Assembly (NCBI RefSeq): GCF_006345805.1
Contig: NW_021833432.1
Coordinates: 1-64,000, forward strand
Source: Octopus sinensis
Lineage: Eukaryota
Reading direction: 5' to 3'
DNA length: 64,000 nucleotides
Part shown: piece by piece, positions 62,511 through 64,000 of the stretch
Layout: every line of letters begins with the position of its first letter
Numbering within the stretch: the stretch's first letter is position 1
The notes under the pieces: model-generated
Told to the model about the DNA's origin: nothing
Database searches by the model: none
What the model saw: only the letters and a program-made list of their open reading frames with translations
Program-made: the position numbers and the translations under genes

Positions 62511-64000
62511 CCTTCACTGCTGTTTACCTAATCGTTATTGTCTGTTGTTTGTACTTGAACAAGTCAGCCCTGAACGAACATAACTTCTAATCGAAATTTT
62601 CTAGATATGACCGTCTCATATGAATTTGCGTAAATACGACTACATTATCCTCTTACGTGTCTTTCATTGAATTACATAGAAAGTGCTTCAAGAGAAAATA
62701 TAGCTGCTGTTTTTAACCACGTAGAAATGTCTCTTGATGGTTCGTAGCCAACAAGTTAATGTCAGAGAAATCAGACCGGTGTCAGTCATATAGCTAATTG
62801 TAAAATGTGAAGGTTATATGTACAAAAGCGAAGACAAATTTGACTTTTAGTGTATCAATAATGAAAGCTGCGACGAATTGAAGGCATCGCTAGAGCGTCG
62901 GACAGCATGAGATTTTATTCCAGCACCCTGTACTTTGAGTTCAAATTTCACCGCGGTCGTCTGCCGTTTTTATTTTCCTTTTAGAGATGATTAAAAAAAA
63001 AGAATGTCAATCCACAGTGGTTGATTGGAAAATCTGCAAGAACAAGGGATTAATTCCAATGCAGTATATGTTCCAATTCCTGACGATCTGAGCTCAAATC
63101 TTGTCATGGCCTTCTTGGTTGGTAGATTGAATCTGATATCTGGTTTACCACTACCTATGCCAAGTAACTCTGTTGTCTCTGACGATGTCCTCTCTCTTTC
63201 AAAAATTTGTGCTAGATTGCCATTTCGAGGATATCTTCCTCCTTTCCTGGCTCTCATTAGTCTTGGAACCCCTTATAAAATTGTTATGGGCGCAACTACT
63301 CCTTCTGACTAAGAGCCTAAAGGTCCTTCATAAATCTCTAGACACGTAAGGGCAGTTGACCAGTTTCCATGGGATAAAAGTGACCAAGATCATAACTCTC
63401 CTTTCATCCCTGAACTGGCTGCTAGATTGCGGCAGGTTTAACTCCCCAGCTATTGTTTGAACTCATTTGTAGTTAAGTCGATGAGCGGGAATCGAAACCA
63501 TTCTCTCATGATCATCAATGCAACAGCTCACCAACCAGGCAACACATCTTCATCTTCCTTGACTTAAAGATTAAATAAAAAATGTCAACGTTTTCTTCTT
63601 TCTTTCTCTCAGACGAAAACTCAATCTCGAAAAGTCAAACTATTTCTTACATTGGAATATAAACTAATCCAACCTCATTTACTTCATTTTATAACTATTG
63701 CCGATGCTAAACAACACAAATTTCTTTCGACCCTGGCTTTTCTTTTACACAATGAAAATGATCCAAAATATCTTTTGATCTCGACAAGAATGTAATCTGT
63801 AAACTTGTGAGGTGAAAAGGTAGACAAATTAGAAATAATCACATGAGATTCGGATTGAGTTGATATCTTAATGAAAACTGTTTGGTACGATAAATCTATG
63901 CTGTAACAATGATTCAAGTGTAAGCCATAAACTGCAGATTAGTTGCAGAAGTTTGGGGTGGAATCATATAATGAATGTAGTTTAATCCAGCATATCAGAT

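Noticed and set aside
63025-63312. 95-aa ORF MENLQEQGINSNAVYV...
   Set aside because: No recognisable domain or splice context; possibly the antisense of a LINE 5' region, which I could not confirm.

Overview
AT-rich, microsatellite- and retroposon-dense eukaryotic genomic DNA. The SINE families and repeat landscape suggest an octopus or other coleoid cephalopod (inference). The only host gene I can support is the 3' half of a prohormone convertase, PC1/3 (PCSK1)-like, on the + strand. Its five exons (170-400, 5776-5933, 6250-6383, 8233-8352, 10070-10342) splice in consistent phases and encode the end of the subtilisin domain, the P domain and a soluble, charged C-terminal tail. The first exon has an in-frame TGA caused by a short compensated frameshift in the conserved LTWRD motif. 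The remaining ~54 kb holds tRNA-derived SINEs (some with a CORE-like block), CR1, RTE and Dong/R4 LINE fragments, Penelope-like element (PLE) fragments, a Helitron, a mariner remnant and mini/microsatellites. Two less obvious patterns stand out. (1) Several type I hammerhead-ribozyme-like motifs with palindromic stem III, one directly 3' of a PLE GIY-YIG ORF. (2) At least nine fold-back palindromes, several centred on or next to (TA)n tracts, two with short templated inserts suggesting template switching. All alignments and folds were done by eye; repeat boundaries are approximate.
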